From: Methanocalculus sp.
GTDB taxonomy: Archaea; Halobacteriota; Methanomicrobia; Methanomicrobiales; Methanocorpusculaceae
NCBI RefSeq assembly: GCF_013329165.1
Contig: NZ_DUKV01000039.1
Length of the DNA stretch: 64,000 nt
Strand: one strand, 5' to 3'
Positions 1 to 7,767 of the stretch are shown in pieces. The notes beneath the pieces are model-generated. The model did not search any database. It saw only the letters and a list, made by a program, of their open reading frames with translations, and was not told where the DNA came from. The translations under genes were made by a program, and so were the position numbers. Every line of letters starts with the position of its first letter. The first letter of the stretch is position 1.

Positions 1-1
1 A

Positions 2-1612
2 GATCGTCTCTTCGTTTTCGCCTTCGAGCACCTTCAGCAGCAGGGAGAGTTTGGTGACTTCGACTGCCTGCGTATCGATATCAACACCGAAGATGTTGTT
101 TAAGAGAATCCGTTTTCGTTCAGCCGAGGTGAGTTGCCAGGTACTCCGGACACGTGAGACCGATCCATCACCCCCGGCGAAGATCGGCAGTTCAATGTGA
201 TCGTTCTGTGTTCGGGATCTGGACTTCGCACTTTTCTTTCCTGGCATCACCTGATATTGTGCCGGGATGAGTGCCTGCACCTCTGTTGAGGTTGCCCCTT
301 TCCCCTTGATCATCGGCACCAGATGTTCAATGTACCAGTCACGGTGCCAGTCAAGGAGATACTGGTATGCTCCGATCAGAAACGATCCCGATCCGCAGGC
401 GGGATCGAGTATTTTAATCTCAGAGACCTCTTTGGGTGTTTTGTCCCTGACAAGCTCCCCTACCGTTTTGGTGACAATGTAATCGACGATATAGGTCGGC
501 GTGTAGAAGACCCCTCCCGCCTTCCTGACTTCAGGCTTATATTCGACCTTTGCCTGTCCCCCGTCGGTGAGCCGGATCACCTTTCCGAGGAATTGTTCAT
601 AGACATGTCCGAGGATCTCAGTCGGAATGACAGAGAACTCAAATGGACTCTCAGGGTAATAGAGGCGGTTGATGATCTCCTTGAGGACTTTGTCATCGAT
701 TGTTATTGAGAGTGATAGGGTGTCTGGGCTCTCGGTTCTCCCTCGTTCCTCCTGGAAATAGAAGATCCCCGAGTTGTAGCGGTCATCTGCTTCGATGAAG
801 ATGTCGCAGAGCCGCTTGTAGATCCCTGTTCCTTCCCGGAGATCGAGAAGCCGCTCATATCTCTCAATACCCCTGTCTTCGCAGATCCTGAGGAAGATGA
901 TCCGATCTATCGTCCGCTGGACAACGGTATTCAGCTCTTCCAGTGTGATATCATTCCGAAGGGCGATATTTCTGGCAAGAAGATCCCGCCACTTCTCGAT
1001 ATCCTCAAGGAACGCATCATCCACGCGGGCAGTTCCACGTTTCCCCTTTTTGGATTCGGCAAACCTATCGAATGATCCGAGCTTGATCGATTCCTGTGCG
1101 AATATCTCCTCGATCCAGCCCCATTTCTCCGGGTATTCCTTGAAGGTGAAGTAGGCGATCCGGGCGGTTGCTGCGGTATCGTTCTTTCCAATCGGGATGG
1201 TGCAGTCATAGACCGCAAACTCTTCAAAATCAGTCAGGATGCTCAGTTTCAGGTTTGCATTCCAGGCATATCTTCTGAGCTGGAGGGCTGCGTTGGTATC
1301 ATCCTTTATATTGACATCGGGCTTTTTAGCCTCAACAATGAATTTTGTCTGCCCGCCGATCCGGAATGCATAGTCGATGAAGAGCGTCTTCCCTCGGATC
1401 TTAATCGGTTCTTCATGGGCGACTTCCTTGTATGCCTCAGAGTATCCCTTGTTATTATCGACATCCCATCCGAGGGCATGGAAGAAGGGATCGAGGAACT
1501 GCCGCCTGAGTTCGGTTTCATTCTTCTGCCCGCGTTTATACGAAGGAAGATGAAAACCGAAACGCTCGACAAGATGTTGTATTGCTTCAGGGCATGCAGC
1601 CGAATCAACCAT
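2..1612 (-). CDS. Type IIG (Eco57I/TaqI-like) restriction-modification enzyme; 5' part only, runs off window start
   Basis: Not in the ORF track because it has no stop in the window. Manual translation from ATG at 1612 gives MVDSAACPEAIQHLVERF..., an N-terminal HsdR_N-like PD-(D/E)XK region (IDYAF...IVEAKKP...QLRRYAW), then GVFYTP, methyltransferase motif I ILDPACGSGSFL and NNIFGVDIDTQAVEVTKLSLLL. Confidence 0.9.
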   Translation of the reverse strand, partial: MVDSAACPEAIQHLVERFGFHLPSYKRGQKNETELRRQFLDPFFHALGWDVDNNKGYSEAYKEVAHEEPIKIRGKTLFIDYAFRIGGQTKFIVEAKKPDVNIKDDTNAALQLRRYAWNANLKLSILTDFEEFAVYDCTIPIGKNDTAATARIAYFTFKEYPEKWGWIEEIFAQESIKLGSFDRFAESKKGKRGTARVDDAFLEDIEKWRDLLARNIALRNDITLEELNTVVQRTIDRIIFLRICEDRGIERYERLLDLREGTGIYKRLCDIFIEADDRYNSGIFYFQEERGRTESPDTLSLSITIDDKVLKEIINRLYYPESPFEFSVIPTEILGHVYEQFLGKVIRLTDGGQAKVEYKPEVRKAGGVFYTPTYIVDYIVTKTVGELVRDKTPKEVSEIKILDPACGSGSFLIGAYQYLLDWHRDWYIEHLVPMIKGKGATSTEVQALIPAQYQVMPGKKSAKSRSRTQNDHIELPIFAGGDGSVSRVRSTWQLTSAERKRILLNNIFGVDIDTQAVEVTKLSLLLKVLEGENEETI

Positions 1613-1686
1613 TGTAATCAATTGGAGGGATGGGATGTTGGAATAGAAAAAGGGGTATGATCTGAAGCTCTATAATTCTGGCTGGC

Positions 1687-3123
1687 TTATCGGTTTTTAT
1701 CTGCAAGGAACCTCTCTGAAAGCAGGGTGATGTCATGAAGGTCAATGACATGGTATCCCTCATCCCGTAGCCGCTCTTTCCCGTGAATTTCCTTTGCTAC
1801 CAGTGCATAGCGGTCTATCCGCTTGCCATCTCTCCATCGCACATTTTCTGCCTTCTCCTTTAAGGCTGTAATGACTGCCCGTGCATCCCGAATGCTGAGC
1901 TCAGACCATTTGCATTCACAAAAGAGTGCGGTACCTGTTTGTTCATCGAGCCCGACGATATCAATCTCTATTTCGTTCTGCCACCATCGCCCAAGACGTG
2001 AGTATGTTGTATCTGGAAACAGGATACCTCTCCGTATCAGATCCTCGATAAGTATCTCGAACATCTCTCCACAATATGGAGCGATCGAGTCCTGAATCGA
2101 TTGAAGAACCGCTGAAACCTGTCCGGTTTCAGTTTCTGCACGCCTGGGATACACAAAGCGGAACCAGAATGTGAGATAAGGATCATATAAACGGTAATGC
2201 CGCCTTCTGAATCCGGCATGGGCGGTTACCGGAGCTTCATCCCGAATGAGCTGCATGCGTGATAGTATGGCAAGGTATTTGGATACCATCCCTTTATCAA
2301 GTCCGGTTGCCTGGCAGATTGCTGATAGTGTTGTATGTCCGGACACAAGGGCACGAAGAATTGAGATATAGTTGCCTGCTTCCCGGAATTCATAGTGCAT
2401 CAGGAGTTCTGCCTCAGAGTAGAGGTAAGCACCCTTTGTCAGGATCTGCTCCTCCACATTCTCCCAGAACGAGCGTTCCGGGTTGAATAATCTGATATAT
2501 GCAGGTATTCCCCCAAGGATACACCAGGTCAGCATCAGGTCATGTTCAGAATACGGGAGGAGTTGCCTGAGGTACGGGTAGGGGAGCGGTTCAACCTGCC
2601 ACTGGCCTGTTCGTCTGCCATACAGGGGGCTTGTGTATGCCAGGACTTCACTTTCCATTGCGCTTACTGATGATCCTGAGATGATCAGCATCACCGGCTC
2701 ATGGGCAAGGATCTGATCCCATATCTTCTGGAAGATTGAAGGAGTTGCCTTATCACGGGAGATCAGGTACGGAAACTCATCGATCACAATCACGACCTTC
2801 TCTCCATCTGGTGGTGCAAATCTCCGGTGTGATATAAGAGCCTGAAATACTGCCTTCCAATCCGGATAACTCCCCCGCTCAAAATCCGGATCGTGTAGGT
2901 ATTCTCCTGCATAGTGTGCAAAATCCGAAATATTCAAGGCTGATCCCTCCTCGGAGGCAAGGAAGTAGAAGCCTCTGGCCTTGTTTAGAAATTGAGTAAG
3001 GAGAGTTGTCTTCCCGACACGCCGCCTGCCATAGATGATTATGCACTCCGGCTTCTGTGAATGGTATCGATCAAGAAGGAACCGGAGTTCATCATTCCGG
3101 TCGATGAAAATTTGTTGATACAT
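1687..3123 (-). CDS. Archaeal ATPase (ATPase_2) with wHTH and C-terminal DUF234-type PD-(D/E)XK nuclease domain
   Basis: Walker A YGRRRVGKT, Walker B IVIDEFPY, GGIPAY motif, HTH (TTLSAICQATGLDKGMVSKYL), C-terminal EIDIVG...FCECKW. Confidence 0.85.
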   Translation of the reverse strand: MYQQIFIDRNDELRFLLDRYHSQKPECIIIYGRRRVGKTTLLTQFLNKARGFYFLASEEGSALNISDFAHYAGEYLHDPDFERGSYPDWKAVFQALISHRRFAPPDGEKVVIVIDEFPYLISRDKATPSIFQKIWDQILAHEPVMLIISGSSVSAMESEVLAYTSPLYGRRTGQWQVEPLPYPYLRQLLPYSEHDLMLTWCILGGIPAYIRLFNPERSFWENVEEQILTKGAYLYSEAELLMHYEFREAGNYISILRALVSGHTTLSAICQATGLDKGMVSKYLAILSRMQLIRDEAPVTAHAGFRRRHYRLYDPYLTFWFRFVYPRRAETETGQVSAVLQSIQDSIAPYCGEMFEILIEDLIRRGILFPDTTYSRLGRWWQNEIEIDIVGLDEQTGTALFCECKWSELSIRDARAVITALKEKAENVRWRDGKRIDRYALVAKEIHGKERLRDEGYHVIDLHDITLLSERFLADKNR

Positions 3124-3289
3124 AAGTATACTACTTTACTGTCAACTTACAAGATAAAGGTGATGGTGTGTGGTGAATCCCGTGTTTGAGGCTCAAAAGG
3201 ATCACCCTCTCTGGCTGATGGTCTCAGGTGGATCAGTATTTGATGCGCGAATATGAAATTGTATATTCTATATCTCACTATGGGTTACT

Positions 3290-3358
3290 ATGGCAACAAC
3301 GATTCAACTTCAGCCGGAGACAAAATCCCGTCTGGATGACTTGAGAATGACGACATAG
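3290..3358 (+). pseudogene. Truncated small DNA-binding antitoxin-like ORF (22 aa)
   Basis: ATG GCA ACA ACG ATT CAA... = MATTIQLQPETKSRLDDLRMTT*. Resembles the N-terminus of archaeal RHH-like antitoxins (TTIQ(L/I)xxETKxRL) and stops early. Confidence 0.5.
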
Positions 3359-3497
3359 GTCATAGGTACTCCTGCGCTCTTGGACATCGAAACGAGTGAT
3401 GTCGAAAATTCAAATGATATCTGTGACAGGTCTGCACTGTTTTTGCTCATTTAATTTTGATCCACTTGGCTCATCAAAAACCGATCCAGTTGGATTC

Positions 3498-3561
3498 CGG
3501 ATTTTATTATCACGATTGATGAAGATTTATTGAGACATAAGTAGACTACTTTGTAGTCAAC
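3498..3561 (-). repeat. Degenerate copy of ATPase promoter and first codons (pairs with 3083..3146)
   Basis: Ungapped manual alignment of 3498..3561 with 3083..3146 gives 50/64 identities. Translates MSQ*IFINRDNKIR versus MYQQIFIDRNDELR. Confidence 0.8.
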
Positions 3562-3759
3562 AAACTGGAGGATCATTAAAACAACATCCTTCCTATGTGA
3601 TAGTATGACATTCCAACTCGATCTCTCCTTTCAATCTTCAGGTCGATCGCTGAATTGTTCGATACTGCGATATCTGTCCTTTAGAGCGAATGATCAGGAT
3701 CAAAGTATCCTAAAACGAGTAATGCATGTCTGGATCTCGATTTAACGTCCTTAAAAGAG

Positions 3760-3833
3760 AGCCGCCGGAGGGAGTTGAACCCTCGACCTGCTGATTACGA
3801 ATCAGCCGCTATGCCGGGCTAAGCCACGGCGGC
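3760..3833 (-). tRNA. tRNA-Thr (anticodon CGT)
   Basis: Acceptor GCCGCCG/CGGCGGC, anticodon arm GCTGA-TT-CGT-AA-TCAGC, T-loop GGTTCAACTCC, discriminator T, no encoded CCA. Confidence 0.95.
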
Positions 3834-3961
3834 ACTGCGACCATTCTATTGGCTTTGAAAAGGTTAAAAGGTTCTGTTCTCCTGCCTCTTTACCCCCTCA
3901 TCCTCAGGAATATCCCACGAGTATCCCGTGTGCGATCTCCTGTCTTTGTTCAGACTATCGC

Positions 3962-4255
3962 TTACGAGTATCCACGCATCGTCACCGATTCGCCAGCCTG
4001 CTGCTCTTTTGGGGGCTCGATGGTGCCGAACTTGGATTCGAACTCGGCGACACTCTGCTGGAGCACTGTCAGGAACTTCTTCGCATGCTTTGGGCTGATG
4101 GTAACGATGGACTTCGCCTTTGCCTGGTTGATATTTGGTATCTGGTGGAGGAAGAGGAAGGTAAATTCGTCGTCCCGGAAGGCGATCTGGATCATGTTGC
4201 TGTACACGGGATCGAGATCCTGCGGCACATTTACGGTTATTTCCTTGGAAGCCAT
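3962..4255 (-). CDS. DUF3467-like conserved hypothetical protein
   Basis: YSNMIQIAFRDDEFTFLF...ISPKHAKKFLTVLQQSVAEFESKFGTI pattern. Confidence 0.7.
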   Translation of the reverse strand: MASKEITVNVPQDLDPVYSNMIQIAFRDDEFTFLFLHQIPNINQAKAKSIVTISPKHAKKFLTVLQQSVAEFESKFGTIEPPKEQQAGESVTMRGYS

Positions 4256-4296
4256 GCAAATCTATTAGCGGAGTGAAAAGAAAAGCTTTGGTACGC

Positions 4297-5109
4297 ATGT
4301 CTGCTCCAGCAAGACCCTCAGAACCACAGTTCATCCCGGTCTCGACACTCGTCCGCACCTCGGTCTGCCCGGTCCGGGTGTACCTGGAACGGCATGAAGG
4401 GATCGTAGAACCGCCGGAATACACCATTGCAAAACAGGTCGGCTACCATCTCGGTTCACTGGCGTTATCAGATACCCCGTCGGTTGCGGAATCTGAGACT
4501 GTCTTGTCTATTGGCTCTCCACAGGATCCGGCCGGTCATTCAGATCCCCTTGTTGAGGGGATCTGGGAGGAGATCAGGATCGTCAGGCCAGATATCGACG
4601 ATTCAATGAAAGAGTATCTGGAAAGATGCATCGCCGCCTGCCGGGGGCTTGCCTGGGAGGAGCCGGTGGCAGCCGATGTTGCCTGTGCGAACAGGAAGTA
4701 CGGCATCTCCGGCCGGATCGACTGGATGTTTGGCAGAAGGCCCGCACTTGGAATCCTCAGGGCAACCCGTGCCCCGACCTATGGTGTCTGGAAGCAGGAT
4801 CGGATCCGGGCGGCTGCATATCTGCTGGCAGCAGAAGAGATGGATCAGCTGAAGAATGGAGGGGAGACATTCCCCTCGGAAGTTCGGATCGCCTATATTC
4901 CATCCGGCATCGTCCGCACGGTCGCCCCAACCGCCTCGGACCGACGGCGCCTCCTCGCCGCCCTCAGGAAGGCAGAGGCGATCTATCGCGGCGAAACGCC
5001 GCAGGCACCGCCGGATGCCCCCTGCGACCGCTGCCCGAAGCAAGACATCTGCACCCGGGGCGCCCGCGACCCACAGACGCTCTTTGATAGGTTCTTCAGG
5101 AAAAAGTGA
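4297..5109 (+). CDS. Solo Cas4/Dna2-like PD-(D/E)XK-fold protein with 4-Cys Fe-S motif
   Basis: N-terminal Cys (VCPVRVYL), ISGRID, C-terminal CDRCPKQDIC. Start placed at ATG 4297 (track start 4273 is GTG). Confidence 0.7.
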   Translation: MSAPARPSEPQFIPVSTLVRTSVCPVRVYLERHEGIVEPPEYTIAKQVGYHLGSLALSDTPSVAESETVLSIGSPQDPAGHSDPLVEGIWEEIRIVRPDIDDSMKEYLERCIAACRGLAWEEPVAADVACANRKYGISGRIDWMFGRRPALGILRATRAPTYGVWKQDRIRAAAYLLAAEEMDQLKNGGETFPSEVRIAYIPSGIVRTVAPTASDRRRLLAALRKAEAIYRGETPQAPPDAPCDRCPKQDICTRGARDPQTLFDRFFRKK

Positions 5110-5188
5110 TTCTTAAAAAAGGGGTGGTATTGGGGTGCTTATCCGGATTGAGGTTTATCTGGATTGAAAGCTGCTCAAATTGCGCAGA

Positions 5189-6130
5189 TCATCTGTTCAG
5201 CAGTGTTCGTGAGAGGATATATTCGCCCCGTGCCTCGCGGGTGGTCCCGACGATCAGCCATTTTTCATCTCCGTGATCCTCGACAACACCTGCTGCCTCG
5301 ATCACCTCTCCTGCAAGGGCCTGCCCGGCATAGGTGTGGGTGAAGGAGAGAACAAAGCTGATCTCCTCGTGGTCGATTGCATAGACGGACGGGTTATCAA
5401 ATGCAAGTGAGGCATCGGTCACGGTCGCCTCGATAACATCACGGCCGATTGGAACTCCTTTTTTAATCGGAACAGCGTTCTGCTCTGTGTATCCACGTGA
5501 GAAGAGGAGATCGAAGTAGGTGCCTTCGTACTCTCCCCGGTTATATTTCCGGGCTTCATGGGTAACGAAGTCGTCAAAGGAGATCTCAGGGACCCGCTTC
5601 CTGTAGACTTTCCTCCACATCTCCTCGCTCATCTCCGGGATCTTCCCTTCTGCAACAGCCTCGGCAAGCTGCCGCTGTGCTGAGAACCAGTGTTCTCCAT
5701 AGACGACGAGATCGATATCGGATGCCTCGTTCTCCAGCCCGCAGAGGAGGGAGCCGGTGCAGCCGAAACTCTTCTCAGGGAGGCTGAAGAGATTTGCGAG
5801 GTTCCGGACACGTGGATTGTCCTGCATGATCCTGCCCATCTCTTCTTCCGGCTTCAGGACAGACACGATCTGATCCAGCGGGATCCGATGAACGGTATCA
5901 TTCCATTCGGGGTGATGCTCAAGAATCCAGGCGAAGGCCTCGTCAAACTCGATCTTCCGGTACCGCTTTCCATCTGCACATGTTCGCTCACCATCAGGAT
6001 CAGGCAGGTATCTCAGGACACAGCCTGCCCGCTCGTCGTTGTCGTACACTGAAACGGCATATATCCCCCCGTCTCGATCAATTACAAAATCACGAAGCCG
6101 GATAGGCTTCTCCAACCGAACTCTCTCCAT
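5189..6130 (-). CDS. Archaeal DNA polymerase-beta-like nucleotidyltransferase (COG1665-like)
   Basis: GCTGSLLCGLENEASDIDLVVYG nucleotidyltransferase signature; C-terminal OB-like region with THTYAGQAL. Confidence 0.7.
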   Translation of the reverse strand: MERVRLEKPIRLRDFVIDRDGGIYAVSVYDNDERAGCVLRYLPDPDGERTCADGKRYRKIEFDEAFAWILEHHPEWNDTVHRIPLDQIVSVLKPEEEMGRIMQDNPRVRNLANLFSLPEKSFGCTGSLLCGLENEASDIDLVVYGEHWFSAQRQLAEAVAEGKIPEMSEEMWRKVYRKRVPEISFDDFVTHEARKYNRGEYEGTYFDLLFSRGYTEQNAVPIKKGVPIGRDVIEATVTDASLAFDNPSVYAIDHEEISFVLSFTHTYAGQALAGEVIEAAGVVEDHGDEKWLIVGTTREARGEYILSRTLLNR

Positions 6131-6135
6131 AGTGC

Positions 6136-6723
6136 TCAGTCCATGTCGATGAGGAACCTGACGATCTCATCGAGCTGTGAGCCGGGTCTGACGATCTCTT
6201 TGGTGGCGAGATCCACAACGGTGCTTGGTGTCCCCGGAAGCTCTCCTCCATCGACGAAGAGTTCATGCCGGACATTCACGTCATTCTTTGTTCTTGGGGA
6301 GATGTCGCCTGAAATATTTGCGCTGGTTGCGGTGATCGGGGCATCAAGTTCACTGATGATTGAAAGCGCTATTCTGTGATCCGGCCAGCGGATCCCGATC
6401 ATCCCGGTGCCACCGGTCAGTTCTGTCGGCACACAGCTCTTTGCCTTTAGGATCACTGTCACAGGACCGGGGAGGAACCGGTTGATGAACGCTTCTGCCG
6501 CAGTATCAAGATGGGCCACACAGGCGAGCATCTCGATATCGGATACCGCAATTGATATCGGTTTTCCCCTGAGCCGGTTCTTTGCTTCATACACGCGCTC
6601 GATTGCAATATCCGAGAAGGCATCCCCGCCAAGACCATAGACCGTCTCGGTCGGGTAGACGATTAAACCGTCATGCCTGAGGATGGAAACTGCCTGCTGT
6701 ATGATATCATCCATATCTTTCAT
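6136..6723 (-). CDS. tsaC: L-threonylcarbamoyladenylate synthase (short TsaC/YrdC type)
   Basis: VYPTETVYGLG, KNRLRGKP, PGPVT, TSANISG, PSTVVD motifs. Confidence 0.9.
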   Translation of the reverse strand: MKDMDDIIQQAVSILRHDGLIVYPTETVYGLGGDAFSDIAIERVYEAKNRLRGKPISIAVSDIEMLACVAHLDTAAEAFINRFLPGPVTVILKAKSCVPTELTGGTGMIGIRWPDHRIALSIISELDAPITATSANISGDISPRTKNDVNVRHELFVDGGELPGTPSTVVDLATKEIVRPGSQLDEIVRFLIDMD

Positions 6724-6761
6724 AGTACCAGATCAACTCTTTGGAACGTATGTTTCGCATG

Positions 6762-7436
6762 TTAAAACTCGCGTCCCTTCACTTTGCTGATGTCAAAGAT
6801 TGCCTTTTCAGAGACATGCATCACGGCAAAGACTCCTGCCTGGATTGGGTCGGTGACGACGAGATCCGCATGTTTTGTGACACTTCCCGCCATCTTCAGG
6901 GCGATAACCGGTATTCCTTCTGCCTTCACGTTCTCGACTGCCCGGCTGATCTTTCCACCCATGATCGATCCGGCAAGAACCAGGATTGAGGCACGGGGAA
7001 GGCGGGTCACTGCATCAACTGCGAGTGCCAGCGTCTTCTCCCCGACAAGCGGGATGGTATCGACAGAGATCCGCTCCCCCCGGATATTATGCCGATCCGC
7101 CTCATTCACAGCACCCATTGCCACCTGAGCGACCTGGGCTCCTCCGCCGATGATGATCACCCGCTGGCCGAAGATCTTCGAGAAGGTCTCATGGGTCTCG
7201 ACCTCAACGATATGGGGGAGGGCTGTCAGTGCAGCAACAATTGATCCGAAGTTGTCATCTACCTCAAGCTCCATATCAACCCATGCAAGACCGGTCTCGG
7301 GTCCGCGTTTGATGATCTCCTGCTGGATCGTCAGAATATTCCCATTCTGTTCGGCCAGGGTGGTTGCGATATCGCGGAGAACGCCTTTTTTATTCTCGGT
7401 GATCAGGCTGATCGCATAGATTGAAGAAGAGTCCAT
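6762..7436 (-). CDS. ACT-domain protein with DUF5612-like C-terminal domain
   Basis: N-terminal ACT (ENKKGVLRDI), GGGAQVAQVAMGAVNEADRHNIRGERISVDTIPLVGE conserved block. Confidence 0.8.
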   Translation of the reverse strand: MDSSSIYAISLITENKKGVLRDIATTLAEQNGNILTIQQEIIKRGPETGLAWVDMELEVDDNFGSIVAALTALPHIVEVETHETFSKIFGQRVIIIGGGAQVAQVAMGAVNEADRHNIRGERISVDTIPLVGEKTLALAVDAVTRLPRASILVLAGSIMGGKISRAVENVKAEGIPVIALKMAGSVTKHADLVVTDPIQAGVFAVMHVSEKAIFDISKVKGREF

Positions 7437-7441
7437 TCTGA

Positions 7442-7512
7442 TGCGATAACCGGGATTCGAACCCGGGCTAGAGGCTTGGGAAGCCCCTGTCCTACCACTA
7501 GACTATTATCGC
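7442..7512 (-). tRNA. tRNA-Gly (anticodon CCC)
   Basis: Acceptor GCGATAA/TTATCGC, anticodon arm GGGGC-TT-CCC-AA-GCCTC, T-loop GGTTCGAATCC. Confidence 0.95.
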
Positions 7513-7539
7513 GCCCCCTCATTTTATCTGCTTCATGGC

Positions 7540-7695
7540 TTATAGACGTTGTTGTTCTGCACCCGGAATGGAATGAAACAAGAGTTCGTTCATGCCGGGG
7601 AAGAGTCCATAGACTGAGTCAAAGATGGAGACGAGGGAGATCATCAGGAGTGCGCTGATTTCGGGGGGGACTGGGTCGTTATTAGTGGTTTTCAT
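7540..7695 (-). pseudogene. 51-aa ORF resembling a degenerate archaeal pilin N-terminus
   Basis: MKTTNNDPVPPEISALLMISLVSIF..., preceded by purine-rich GAAGGAAC. Lies directly downstream of and co-oriented with three pilin-like genes. Confidence 0.4.
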
Positions 7696-7767
7696 CTCTG
7701 TTCCTTCTGGGTTCTATTCTGTATTGCTCTTTTAAAAAATGAGTGTAGGGGGTTCAAACACCCTTAT

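Noticed and set aside
3604-3745. 46-codon ORF MTFQLDLS... next to tRNA-Thr(CGT) as a toxin remnant
   Set aside because: No RelE/VapC motif recognisable in any frame by eye.
4297-5109. CRISPR-Cas locus suggested by Cas4-like and Csa3-like genes
   Set aside because: No repeat-spacer array and no cas1/2/3/5/7/10 anywhere in the window; the two genes are 35 kb apart.
5121-5167. Short direct repeats (ggggtg x2; ttatc(c/t)ggattga x2) between convergent genes
   Set aside because: Only two copies with no spacer structure; most likely local duplication in a terminator region.
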